Source of the DNA: an uncultured Bacteriovoracaceae bacterium
GTDB taxonomy: Bacteria; Bdellovibrionota; UBA2428
Assembly (NCBI GenBank): GCA_937952285.1
Contig: CALFZE010000048.1
Coordinates: 3,320-67,319 of the forward strand
Reading direction: 5' to 3'
Length of the DNA stretch: 64,000 nucleotides
Part shown: piece by piece, positions 17,366 through 26,016 of the stretch
Layout: the number at the start of each line of letters is the position of its first letter
Position numbering within the stretch: the first letter of the stretch is position 1
Notes under the pieces: model-generated
The model's database searches: none
Told to the model about the DNA's origin: nothing
The model's input: the letters and a program-made list of their open reading frames with translations, nothing else
Translations under genes and position numbers: made by a program

Positions 17366-18454
17366 ATGGACGGCGTGTTGGGCGTTACCCTCGGAGCCGG
17401 ATTCCTGGGTTTCCTGGGCGTCTACATGACCTTCGACTATTGGTACGACCTTTTCTGGGTCCGCGGCATGAAGCAGATCCACGAGGCCACCGTCGCGCTT
17501 AGCGAGGACCTCTTCATCGAGGGCGACGCCGACGCCGTTTGGGCCAAGCAGATCCGCCTCTCCTCGGGCTTCGCGCTCGTGAACTTCGTCGGGGTCCTCG
17601 TGTCGAAGGATCTCTTCCTCATGGGACCGCTCCTCGTCGTGGGCATGCTCCTCTTCCAATTCATGAACTCGAAGGGAGTCGAGGACTTCATCGCGGCGAA
17701 TCCGGGTTCCGCCGTCGAGCAGCAGGTTCGGGGCCTCAAGCTCCGCGCCGCCCACATGTTCGGCAACGTTATCCTGAGCATTCTCCTTCTCATGCTTCCG
17801 ACCCTCGCGCGTCTGCCGCCGATCGTGCTCTCGATCGTGACGTCGATCATGCTCTTTTACTTCGCGTGGCGCCTGCCCTTCCTTTGGTACAGCTTCATGA
17901 TCCGGCCCGCGCGGATCAAGAAATTCTCGACCCAGATGGTCGACGCGCTCACGCTCATGTCGAATGGCATGAAGTCGGGCCTGAACGTTCCGCAGACCCT
18001 CCAGATCGTCGTGGACGAGATGCCGAACCCGATCAGCCAAGAGTTCCGTCTCATCCTGACCGAGAACCGCATCGGTTTGACTTTCGAAAAGGCCTTCGAG
18101 AACCTCGGCCGCCGCATCCCTTCCGAGGACGTGAGTATGTTCGTGACGAGCGTCAACATCCTGCGCGAAACGGGCGGCAACATCTCGGAGACTTTCGACA
18201 CGATCGCCCAGACGATCCGCGAACGGATGAAGCTGCAGAGCAAGATCGGCGCGATGGTCGCGCAGGGCATGATGTCGGCCATTATCGTGGGCGCGCTGCC
18301 CTGGGGCTTGGGCGTGATGCTCTACCTGATCGATCCCGTGCGTATGACGCCGCTCTTCACGACGCCGCTCGGCTGGGTGATCCTGCTCGCGATCCTCATC
18401 CTCGAGGCCATCGGCTTCGTCGTGATTCTGAAGATCGTGAAAATCCGCGTTTAG
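17366..18454 (+). CDS. Tad platform inner-membrane protein (TadB/TadC, T2SS-F family)
   Basis: Polytopic membrane protein with a single T2SSF-like cytoplasmic domain (QMVDALTLMSNGMKSGLNVPQTLQIVVDEMPNPISQEFRLI). Follows the ATPase gene. Only one such gene is present before the strand switch. Confidence 0.65.
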   Translation: MDGVLGVTLGAGFLGFLGVYMTFDYWYDLFWVRGMKQIHEATVALSEDLFIEGDADAVWAKQIRLSSGFALVNFVGVLVSKDLFLMGPLLVVGMLLFQFMNSKGVEDFIAANPGSAVEQQVRGLKLRAAHMFGNVILSILLLMLPTLARLPPIVLSIVTSIMLFYFAWRLPFLWYSFMIRPARIKKFSTQMVDALTLMSNGMKSGLNVPQTLQIVVDEMPNPISQEFRLILTENRIGLTFEKAFENLGRRIPSEDVSMFVTSVNILRETGGNISETFDTIAQTIRERMKLQSKIGAMVAQGMMSAIIVGALPWGLGVMLYLIDPVRMTPLFTTPLGWVILLAILILEAIGFVVILKIVKIRV

Positions 18455-18457
18455 CGA

Positions 18458-18940
18458 TTAGTGAGTCGTCATCCGGCCTTTGATGACGCGGATGAGCGAT
18501 CCGATGGCCGGAATTCGCTCGTAAACGAAGTCTCCCATGTCGAAGTAGTCGCGCTGGTAGACAACCTTGCCGTTGGCCATGCGGAAAACGGAGTTGCCGG
18601 GCACGCCGTATTCCCGGCCGCCGTTGAGGCGAGGGTGGGCAAGATGCATCGTCCAAACGAGAACGCGGCGATCGCCTTGCACGATCTCGGGTTCGAAGTC
18701 CCAGCGAATCGAGGTCACTCCCTCGTACTGGTACGCGTAGTGCGCTCGGATCGCCGCGGGGCCCTTGAGCGAGACGACGGGGTCCTGGAAGACGGCGTCC
18801 TCGGCGTAGAACTCCTCGACGAGCTCCATCGTATCTTTGTTGAGTCGTTCGAAGAATTCTCTCGGGGTGAGGGCCGGGGTGGACTTCATGGGAGCCAAAC
18901 TTAGCATGGCGGCGGAAAGGCAGACTAAGAAACGTTTCAT
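18458..18940 (-). CDS. SnoaL/NTF2-like fold protein, secreted
   Basis: Start taken at internal ATG (MKRFLVCLSAAMLSLAPMKSTPA signal peptide). Body resembles the ketosteroid-isomerase/SnoaL-like fold. The long N-terminal extension in the ORF track is Arg/Pro-rich and implausible. Confidence 0.45.
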   Translation of the reverse strand: MKRFLVCLSAAMLSLAPMKSTPALTPREFFERLNKDTMELVEEFYAEDAVFQDPVVSLKGPAAIRAHYAYQYEGVTSIRWDFEPEIVQGDRRVLVWTMHLAHPRLNGGREYGVPGNSVFRMANGKVVYQRDYFDMGDFVYERIPAIGSLIRVIKGRMTTH

Positions 18941-19740
18941 CGGTGACCTCTTTTGGTTGATTTGGGGGGCCAGGGGAAGAAGAGACTCGTCCGGCGTTGG
19001 TAGTCCGCGTAGTCGGATCGGCTCTCGAGCGAGCGCGCTTCGGTCGGGCGAATGCCGGTGACCTTGAAGAGAAACGCCATCATGACGACGGGGCCGAGAA
19101 GCGTGAGCGCAAAGGTCAGTGCGGCGTTCTCGGCGCCGGCGACGAGGGCCCCGGCCGCCCAAATCACGTAGGTCCACCAATGAAGCCATTCGAAGAAGTA
19201 GTTGGGATGGCGGGAGTAACGCCAAAGCCCACGGTCGCACGTTTTCCCCCGGTTCGAAGGATCCGAAGCAAAGGCTTTGAGTTGGCGGTCTGCCAGGGCC
19301 TCGCCGAGAATCGAGCCCAGTCCCCACAGCAGTCCGACTCCGAAGAAGGGATTGCCCTCGATCGTGGCCCCCTTAAGGCCGCCTTCCATCGGGACCAGGA
19401 GAAGCCAAATGAGCAGAGCCTGGACTTGGTAGAAGACAAAAAACTGGCGGCTACCCCAACCGCGTTGGCGGAGGGAAGCGTAACGACGATCTTCGGCTTT
19501 GGCTTTCAGGACTCGGGTCGAGAGAAGATAGAGGCCCAAGCGCAGAGACCAAAGCACGGGAACGAGGGCGGCCACCCAAGCCCTTCGGGAATCCAGGCCG
19601 AGGACGATCCAGGGCACCGCCACGGCGAAACTCAGTGACCAAGCGGCGTCGACCGCGTTCGCGTTGCGGCTACGTTGCTGCCGCCACCACAAGAAAAACA
19701 TCGCGATCGCGGCCGCGACGTAGAGCGCGCAAAGAGTCAT
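18937..19740 (-). CDS. DUF1295 / steroid-5-alpha-reductase-like membrane methyltransferase family protein
   Basis: Multi-TM protein with the conserved YSRHPNYFFEWLHWW motif of the DUF1295/ICMT/PEMT superfamily. 4-nt overlap with the downstream SnoaL-like gene. Confidence 0.55.
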   Translation of the reverse strand: MTLCALYVAAAIAMFFLWWRQQRSRNANAVDAAWSLSFAVAVPWIVLGLDSRRAWVAALVPVLWSLRLGLYLLSTRVLKAKAEDRRYASLRQRGWGSRQFFVFYQVQALLIWLLLVPMEGGLKGATIEGNPFFGVGLLWGLGSILGEALADRQLKAFASDPSNRGKTCDRGLWRYSRHPNYFFEWLHWWTYVIWAAGALVAGAENAALTFALTLLGPVVMMAFLFKVTGIRPTEARSLESRSDYADYQRRTSLFFPWPPKSTKRGHR

Positions 19741-19899
19741 ACCTCGGTGAACTTAGCAGGGGGCGGCCCAAAGATCAGGGAAAGCTCTGGATAGTGCGAT
19801 GTGTCGACGGGCGCTCGCCGGCTCGGCCTAAATTTTGGCGAAGGGCCGGCCGATACATCCGATAAGATACCCGTGGGGAATCATTCGGAGGTTTTCGCT

Positions 19900-21507
19900 A
19901 TGCGTTTTTCCTTGAAGGGACTCGGACGAGTCATGGGTTGTGCGGCCACGCTTTGGGCGGGTGCCAGCTTCGGCGGCGTCAATGTGAACAACGGGAACTT
20001 CTACATCGCCTACACGGACTTCCTCGTGCAGACGCCCGGGCTCAATATCGACATCACGCGCACCTACAACAGCCGCTCGAACTACGTGCGCGGCTTCTTC
20101 GGGGTGGGCTGGTCGAGCGAGATCGAAAGCTACCTTAGCTTCGAGAAAGACGTCGTTTCGCTCTCGGAAGGCGGCGGCGGCAACATCGTCCGCTTCGAAC
20201 CCGTCAAGGGCAAGCCCGGCACTTGGGCGAACGGGGTCTTCGGCAACCAGACGCTGACCAAGGAAAAGACCGGGGGCTACGTCCTCGAGACGGCCACGGC
20301 CAAGGTCATGAGCTTCTCCGACAAGGGCCGGCTGCTGCGCATCGCGGACCGCAACAAGAACGTGATCGAGCTCGTCTACAAGGGCGATCGCATCGACATG
20401 ATCAAGGATAACCTCAACAACCAGATCAAAGTGACCTGGAAGGAGAACGTCGGCCGCCATCCGCGGATCGAAACCCTCCAGATGGGACCGAAGAAGGCTC
20501 GTTACGAGTACTCGAACGTGGGGAACCTCACGAAGGCGGCGGGTGCGGACGGCATCCAGTACGTCTACGCCTACGACGACGAGCACAACATGACCAAGAT
20601 CTCCTACGCGAACGGCTCGTTCAAGGAGATGGGCTACAACAAGGGCCGCGATTGGGTCACGAGCTTCCGCGACCAGGACGGCACGCGCACTTCCTACGAC
20701 TACTTCTCGGACACGCTCGACCCCGAGAACAAGTTCGGCACGACGGTGACGCGCGTCCCCGCCGGTTCGACGAACAAGGAAATCGCCCGCTTCTGGTACG
20801 AGTTCCGCAAGCGCGCCGACGGCAGTCGTTACAACTACAAGGCGGTCACCGAGATGCGCGACGTCGTGACGGAAACGCTCTTCACGGAATGCTGCGGCAC
20901 CCCGCTCGTCATCACCCAGTGGAAGTCCGTCGCGCCGAAGGCCGGCGAGACGACCCTCGCCTGGACGACGCCCAAGGCCGACAAGCGCTCGACCAAGTTC
21001 GAGTACTTCGAGGACGGCCTGCTCCGTCGCAAGACGGCGGCGGACGGCACGATCACGGCCCTGACCTACGATACGAAGCACAAGAAAGTCGCGAGCGTGG
21101 ATCGTGGCGGTCGCAAGGTCGAGTACAACTACGATCCGCGCGGTAACCTCGCGTGGGCCTTCGACGTGAACGACAAGCGTCGCCTCGACCTGACCTACGA
21201 CGTGAAGGGTCGCATCACGGTCGTCCAAGAAAAGCGTCCGACGATGGCCGGGCCGACCAAGATCTTCTTCCGCTACGACGCGATGGGGCGCCCCGTCGAG
21301 ATCAAGGAAACGCCCACGAACGCGAAGGAATCGATCATTCGCTTCGCGTACGGCTCCGAGGGCGAAGTCGTGGGCGTGCTCAACGCCCAGGGCCGCGCGG
21401 TCGCTTCGCAAGTCGAAGTCCAGAGCGCCCAACGCGTGGCCGCGACCTTCCAAAATCTTCTGCAGATCGTTCAACCGACGGGCGTGACGCTCACGCCGGA
21501 GGGCTAA
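19900..21507 (+). CDS. YD-repeat (RHS-family) secreted protein
   Basis: Start at internal ATG with GGAGG 8 nt upstream. Signal peptide. N-terminal GNFYIAYTDFLVQTPGLNIDITRTYNSRS block is typical of RHS N-regions. Multiple YD-type repeats (YDPRGNL, LTYDVKGRI, YDAMGRPVE). No recognisable C-terminal toxin domain. Confidence 0.6.
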   Translation: MRFSLKGLGRVMGCAATLWAGASFGGVNVNNGNFYIAYTDFLVQTPGLNIDITRTYNSRSNYVRGFFGVGWSSEIESYLSFEKDVVSLSEGGGGNIVRFEPVKGKPGTWANGVFGNQTLTKEKTGGYVLETATAKVMSFSDKGRLLRIADRNKNVIELVYKGDRIDMIKDNLNNQIKVTWKENVGRHPRIETLQMGPKKARYEYSNVGNLTKAAGADGIQYVYAYDDEHNMTKISYANGSFKEMGYNKGRDWVTSFRDQDGTRTSYDYFSDTLDPENKFGTTVTRVPAGSTNKEIARFWYEFRKRADGSRYNYKAVTEMRDVVTETLFTECCGTPLVITQWKSVAPKAGETTLAWTTPKADKRSTKFEYFEDGLLRRKTAADGTITALTYDTKHKKVASVDRGGRKVEYNYDPRGNLAWAFDVNDKRRLDLTYDVKGRITVVQEKRPTMAGPTKIFFRYDAMGRPVEIKETPTNAKESIIRFAYGSEGEVVGVLNAQGRAVASQVEVQSAQRVAATFQNLLQIVQPTGVTLTPEG

Positions 21508-21508
21508 G

Positions 21509-21817
21509 ATGAAATTCCGTGGATTCCGTTTCGTCACGATCGCTTCGCTGCTCCTTTCGAGCTCCGCGTTCGCGAACATGATGATGTCGCCGGGGATGGT
21601 CGCGCCGGGCATGATGGCGCCCACCGCGAACTACGCGAACGCGCAGTTGCAGCCGGTGCAGGGCCCCCCGGGGGCCGGCGTCGTGCAACAGCCGAGCGAA
21701 GGCGAGGTTGCGGCGAACGCGCCTCAACAGGCGATGGGTTGCGGCGCGGGCCACTACGGTCGCATCAAAGATGGCTTCACGATCGAGGAATCGCGCAGCG
21801 GTTCGCACATGTTCTAA
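21509..21817 (+). CDS. Small secreted Met/Pro/Gly-rich protein (hypothetical)
   Basis: Signal peptide MKFRGFRFVTIASLLLSSSAFA. 1 nt after the stop of the YD-repeat gene. Confidence 0.4.
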   Translation: MKFRGFRFVTIASLLLSSSAFANMMMSPGMVAPGMMAPTANYANAQLQPVQGPPGAGVVQQPSEGEVAANAPQQAMGCGAGHYGRIKDGFTIEESRSGSHMF

Positions 21818-21842
21818 GACGGAAAACGAAAGGCGGATTTTG

Positions 21843-22415
21843 ATGTCGGGCGCTCAGAAGAAACTCATCCCTTGGTTCGTGGCCGCATTCTGCTTCGTGG
21901 CCTTCGGCGCCATGTACTACTTCCAAAGTCGGCCGGAAGCGGTCGAAACCGCCGCCGTCGAGGAAGACGTGGAACGTGACCCGGCCGGTTTGATCGGGGC
22001 CGCCACGGAACAAGACGCGATCAATCTCCTGAACACGGTCCGCAAGCTCGCGGGGACTTCGCTCTGCATCGAGTGCACGGCCAACAACGCCGCCCAGGAA
22101 ACCTGTACCTTCGAGAACGGCGGGCAGCCGTCCACCAGCGAGCTGGCCTCGATGGTGCTTATGATCGGAAAGATCTCGACCGCCCTCGGCAGCAACAAGA
22201 TCGTGCGTAAGGAGATGTCGCCCGCCGACTTCGCTTTGGTCACGCGTTTCTCGGGCCTCTGGCAGTCGCTTAACCGCAAGGGATCGGGCATGACCCGTCA
22301 AGGCAAGACCTTGGTGGTCGAGCGCAACAGCGCGTCCGGCCAGAGCCTCAAGAAAGACTTCGCCAGCGTGCTCAAGAGCCTAACGAACGGCGGCTCGCCC
22401 GGCTTCTGCAAGTAA
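21843..22415 (+). CDS. Hypothetical membrane-anchored protein
   Basis: MSGAQKKLIPWFVAAFCFVAFGAMYYF N-terminal TM anchor. Last gene before a strong intrinsic terminator. Confidence 0.4.
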   Translation: MSGAQKKLIPWFVAAFCFVAFGAMYYFQSRPEAVETAAVEEDVERDPAGLIGAATEQDAINLLNTVRKLAGTSLCIECTANNAAQETCTFENGGQPSTSELASMVLMIGKISTALGSNKIVRKEMSPADFALVTRFSGLWQSLNRKGSGMTRQGKTLVVERNSASGQSLKKDFASVLKSLTNGGSPGFCK

Positions 22416-22495
22416 AAGGTGTCCGGCGCCTTTGGGTTGCCACGCGATTTGCTTTGGCCGCGTTTTGGCCGCCTGTCTAAAGATTCGACGATTTG

Positions 22496-22535
22496 AAACC
22501 CAGGCCCCTTTCCGGGGGCCTGGGTTTTTTCTTTT
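22496..22535 (+). terminator. Rho-independent terminator
   Basis: Perfect 10-bp GC-rich stem cccaggcccc / ggggcctggg with a 6-nt loop, extendable by A:T pairs. Followed by TTTTTTCTTTT. Confidence 0.7.
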
Positions 22536-22647
22536 AAAATCAGATAGTTGATCAATTATTAAGGGCGGGTGAAGTCGGCACGGCCCCTGCATCACCTCGG
22601 GAAGGGGGAATTCTCGATCTTCGAGTTTTCCGTTTTTGGGGGGGACT

Positions 22648-22863
22648 ATGAAACTTTCTTCGATGCGTGAACTGCTCATGGCTGCGTTCGTGGCCGCTTC
22701 GAGCTTCGTGGGGTTGGGAATCGCCGCCGCCGCGGAAAGATCGGACGAGGTCATGAACCAAATCTGCTCGCAATTGGCGGATACGCGGATTCCTCCGCAG
22801 CTGCCGACGAACTCGGGCACGGCGACTCCCGCCGCGGGCCAGCACGAAGCCACCCGCCGCTGA
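22648..22863 (+). CDS. Small secreted protein (hypothetical)
   Basis: MKLSSMRELLMAAFVAASSFVGLGIAAAAE signal-like N-terminus. G-rich RBS upstream. Confidence 0.35.
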   Translation: MKLSSMRELLMAAFVAASSFVGLGIAAAAERSDEVMNQICSQLADTRIPPQLPTNSGTATPAAGQHEATRR

Positions 22864-22897
22864 CGCTCGTCTTCGTGGTCGCGTTCGTCAGCGTTCG

Positions 22898-23125
22898 TCA
22901 GCGAACGAGGGATTCTTTCCGTTCGCGCGTGAGGTCTTGGACCTTTTCCCACGTCCACGTGACGGGGCGGACGGTCGTCCAGAAGAAGTTCTGGAACTTG
23001 TCCGAATTCACGCTGCGGTGATAGCGCTGCTCGAGGCTGTGTTCGCCGATGCGGACCTGCCCGACGATCGTGAGCAGCACGAGGAAGAAGGCCGTTTGGA
23101 CGAGCGCACGTAAAACGGTGAACAT
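22898..23125 (-). CDS. Small membrane protein (hypothetical), downstream of map
   Basis: 75 aa with one TM helix (LVQTAFFLVLLTIVGQV). Its stop overlaps a small hairpin. Confidence 0.35.
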   Translation of the reverse strand: MFTVLRALVQTAFFLVLLTIVGQVRIGEHSLEQRYHRSVNSDKFQNFFWTTVRPVTWTWEKVQDLTRERKESLVR

Positions 23126-23200
23126 GCTTCCAGTCTAAGGTCGCGGCCGCTCGGCCCGCACCCTTTCGCGCGCCAAAGAATTTGACGCCTCCCCGCGGGT

Positions 23201-23944
23201 CTACGCGGTCATGAGGATCGGCGCGTCTTCCGTGATGACCATCGTATGCTCGAACTGCGCGCCCAAATGGGGCCGCGGGATCGAGAGCGTCCATCCGTCG
23301 CGCTCTTCGCGCACCATGGTGGGGCCCGTCGTCAGGAAGGGCTCGATCGTGATGACCATCCCCTTCTTCAAGACGCGTTTCTCGTTCGGGTCGTAGAATC
23401 CCGGAATGAATTCCGGCGCTTCGTGAAGGGAGCGGCCGACGCCGTGGCTGCCCAGATTGCGGATGACCGCGAACGAGGATTCGCGCGCGACGTTCTCGAT
23501 GGCGTGACCGATCGCGGAGAGCGGCGCTCCGTGTCGGGCGGCGGCGCAAGCTTCGGCCAGCGCGCGGCGCGTGGCTTCGAGGAGACGCTGCTTCTTGGCC
23601 GAACCTTGGCCGACGATGAAGCTCGATCCCGTATCGGCGAAGTAGCCGTCCTTGACCGCCGACACGTCGATGTTGACGAGGTCGCCTTCGCGCAGGACGC
23701 GATCGCCGGGAATCCCGTGCGCGAGCTCTTCGTTGACGCTGATGCAGACCGCGCCGGGGAACTTGTAGCAATGCTGGGGGGCCGACTTCGCGCCCCGCGC
23801 TCGGAGCGCCTCGGCCGCCATGCGATCGAGCTCCGAGGTCGTGACGCCCGGCACGAGTCCGCCGGAGACGTGCCCGAGCACGTCCCGTACGATGGCTCCG
23901 ATCAGACGCAAGGCTTCCAAGTCACGTTCGTTCTCGATCGACAT
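23201..23944 (-). CDS. map: Type I methionine aminopeptidase
   Basis: Full-length MetAP-I with metal-ligand context (DLVNIDVSAVKDGYFADTG, HGVGRSLHEAPE, ITIEPF, EHTMVITE). Confidence 0.85.
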   Translation of the reverse strand: MSIENERDLEALRLIGAIVRDVLGHVSGGLVPGVTTSELDRMAAEALRARGAKSAPQHCYKFPGAVCISVNEELAHGIPGDRVLREGDLVNIDVSAVKDGYFADTGSSFIVGQGSAKKQRLLEATRRALAEACAAARHGAPLSAIGHAIENVARESSFAVIRNLGSHGVGRSLHEAPEFIPGFYDPNEKRVLKKGMVITIEPFLTTGPTMVREERDGWTLSIPRPHLGAQFEHTMVITEDAPILMTA

Positions 23945-23967
23945 TCCCCCAGCGTAGGCCGCCCCCG

Positions 23968-24456
23968 TTGGCCACTCAACAAAAAGATCCGTCGGGCTTT
24001 CCGGAGGATGGGGAGCCCCGCTTCGTCAATCGTTTGTCGGGCCCTCAGGCCGGAGGCGCAAAGTTCCGAAAGCGGGGTATGGACCTTGGAGGCGTCAATC
24101 GTATCAAGCCGCGGATTCCGGCCGCGGCGGCGACCGGCGAGCTGCGGACGAAAACCGCGAGCTCCGGCGAGCGCGACGCCCATGGCCACGGCGGATACCA
24201 GAAGCAGGAACGGCCCAAGCAGCTGAGTCCCGAGCAGGAAACCGAAGGCGTGGCGGCGCTGAACGCGCTGCCTTCCTTCGTGAACGCGGGGCTCGTCGCT
24301 TCGCTCGTGAAGGAAGAGGGCAAGGCCCCGCACGTCGTCGTGAAAGATCGCAACGGGCAGACCGTGCGCTACCTTCCTTACGAGCAGATCGTGGAACTCT
24401 ACTTCGACCGCAAGAGCGACCGTCAGACCGGTCGCTTGATCAATCGCGCCGCGTAG
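23968..24456 (+). CDS. Hypothetical protein
   Basis: GC3-biased ORF, especially the 3' two-thirds. Start may be the internal ATG at 24079. No recognisable domain. Confidence 0.35.
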   Translation: MATQQKDPSGFPEDGEPRFVNRLSGPQAGGAKFRKRGMDLGGVNRIKPRIPAAAATGELRTKTASSGERDAHGHGGYQKQERPKQLSPEQETEGVAALNALPSFVNAGLVASLVKEEGKAPHVVVKDRNGQTVRYLPYEQIVELYFDRKSDRQTGRLINRAA

Positions 24457-24491
24457 GTCGGGCCGCGTAGGCCGGGCCGGCGAAGCGCGCC

Positions 24492-25253
24492 TTACTTGAA
24501 CAGCGAAAAGACGTAGGTCAACACGAAGTCCAGGACGATGATCCAGATGGAGTTTGCCACGACGGCGTCCGTCGTCGTCATGCCGACGCCCTCGGAACCG
24601 AAGCGGCAGCGAAATCCGTAGGTCGAGCTGATGATGGGAATGCTGCCGCCGAAGAGCGCCGCCTTGACCGCGCAGAGCAGGAAGTCCGACGGGGTCGTGA
24701 AGGCGAAAAGGCTTTGGAAGAATTCGCCCGTCGAGAAATGCAGCTTGAGCACGGCCGAGAGCCAGCCCCCCATGACGGCCAGGTAGAGCGCGACGACCGA
24801 AAGGATGACCGTCGCGACGGTCGAAGCGATGAAACGGGGCGCGACGAAAAGGTCCACGGGATTCAGCCCGAGCAGACGGTAGGCGTCGAGTTGCTCGGTC
24901 GTCTTCATCGCGCCGAGCTCGGCGGCGATGCTCGCGCCCATCTTCGAGGTCAGCAGCAGCGCCGTGACCGCGGGAGCGAGCTCGCGCACGAGCAGGATCA
25001 TGGCGAAGCCCGGGATGAGCGAGTCGTTCGCGAGGATGAGCTTCATGTGGAAGCTGTACTCGAGGATAATGATGATGCCCGTGAACGTGACGCAGAGGCT
25101 GACGATCCCGAGGCATCCCCACGCGAACTCGTAGAGCTGCTTGACGACTTCGGTCCGCGCGAAGCGGCCCCGCGCGACCGAGCGCAAGGTCTGGCCCGCC
25201 ACCGAGAGGATATTCGAGATCAAGAGGCTCTTCTGGCTTCCCTCGAGGCTCAT
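24492..25253 (-). CDS. MlaE/YrbE-family ABC transporter permease
   Basis: About 253 aa, 5-6 TM permease with the characteristic MlaE layout (GIIIILEYSFHMKLI ... EQLDAYRLLGLNPVDLFVAPRFIA). Confidence 0.7.
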   Translation of the reverse strand: MSLEGSQKSLLISNILSVAGQTLRSVARGRFARTEVVKQLYEFAWGCLGIVSLCVTFTGIIIILEYSFHMKLILANDSLIPGFAMILLVRELAPAVTALLLTSKMGASIAAELGAMKTTEQLDAYRLLGLNPVDLFVAPRFIASTVATVILSVVALYLAVMGGWLSAVLKLHFSTGEFFQSLFAFTTPSDFLLCAVKAALFGGSIPIISSTYGFRCRFGSEGVGMTTTDAVVANSIWIIVLDFVLTYVFSLFK

Positions 25254-25254
25254 C

Positions 25255-26016
25255 TCATTTCCCCAGCGCCGTGAAGATCCCGTTGAGGAACCAGCTGATC
25301 GAGAAGTCGGCCAGCACGATCGCGACCATGCTCTGCACGGCGGTCGTGCGCACGGCGCGGCCCACGCCTTGGGTGCCGCCTTCGGTCCAGTAGCCGTTCG
25401 CGCAGCAGAGGTGGCCCATGAGGACGCCGAAGACGAGCGCCTTCACGCAGGCGAGCGCGACGGTCTCGGCCGCGGCGAAGCGGGGAATCATGCTGAGGTA
25501 CTGCTGGGGGTTCACGCCCCCCACGAAGTAGGAGGCGATCATGCCGCCCGTCACCGAGACGACGAGTCCGAACGCGAGCAGGAGGACGGAGCTCAGCACG
25601 ACGGCCCAAAAGCGCGGCACGACGAGAAAGGCGACGGGGTCCACGCCGAGGCAGCGGATGGCCTGGATCTGGTCGGTCACTTTCATCGTGCCGAGCTCGG
25701 CCGAGGTGAAGGCGCCGACTTTGCCGGCCAGCATGAAGGCGATGAGGATCGGGCCGACCTCGCGCAGCGTGCCCGAGGTATTGAGTCCGCCGAGCGTGGC
25801 TTCGGCGCCGAAGTCCTTCAGCTGCAGGTGAAACTGGACGGCCATGATCGCGCCGGTGAAGACGCCGGCCGTGAGCGTCGTCGGCAGGGAACGCCAACCG
25901 ATCGAGGCGAGCTGCGAAGTGAACTCCCGGCTCTCGAAGCGGGAGAAAAGGCTCGTGCGGAGCAAGCCGAGGAAGAACTCGACGTGTTGGCCGATGGCCG
26001 AAAGAAGAGCCGTCAT
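25255..26016 (-). CDS. MlaE/YrbE-family ABC transporter permease (second paralogue)
   Basis: Start placed at internal ATG (MTALLSAIGQ...), which overlaps the stop of the upstream ATPase (ATGA). Same family signature (DQIQAIRCLGVDPVAFLVVPRFWA). The longer ORF-track version is Arg/Pro-rich antisense-like sequence. Confidence 0.7.
   Translation of the reverse strand: MTALLSAIGQHVEFFLGLLRTSLFSRFESREFTSQLASIGWRSLPTTLTAGVFTGAIMAVQFHLQLKDFGAEATLGGLNTSGTLREVGPILIAFMLAGKVGAFTSAELGTMKVTDQIQAIRCLGVDPVAFLVVPRFWAVVLSSVLLLAFGLVVSVTGGMIASYFVGGVNPQQYLSMIPRFAAAETVALACVKALVFGVLMGHLCCANGYWTEGGTQGVGRAVRTTAVQSMVAIVLADFSISWFLNGIFTALGK

Noticed and set aside
22546-22557. 8-bp perfect palindrome TTGATCAA (contains GATC) upstream of the small secreted gene at 22648
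   Set aside because: Too short to distinguish from chance. No flanking symmetry beyond 8 bp.
22881-22907. Tandem gcgttcgtca x2 plus 6-bp-stem hairpin between convergent small genes
   Set aside because: Short stem, no U-tract, and it overlaps a stop codon. At most a weak bidirectional terminator. Not reported as a feature.
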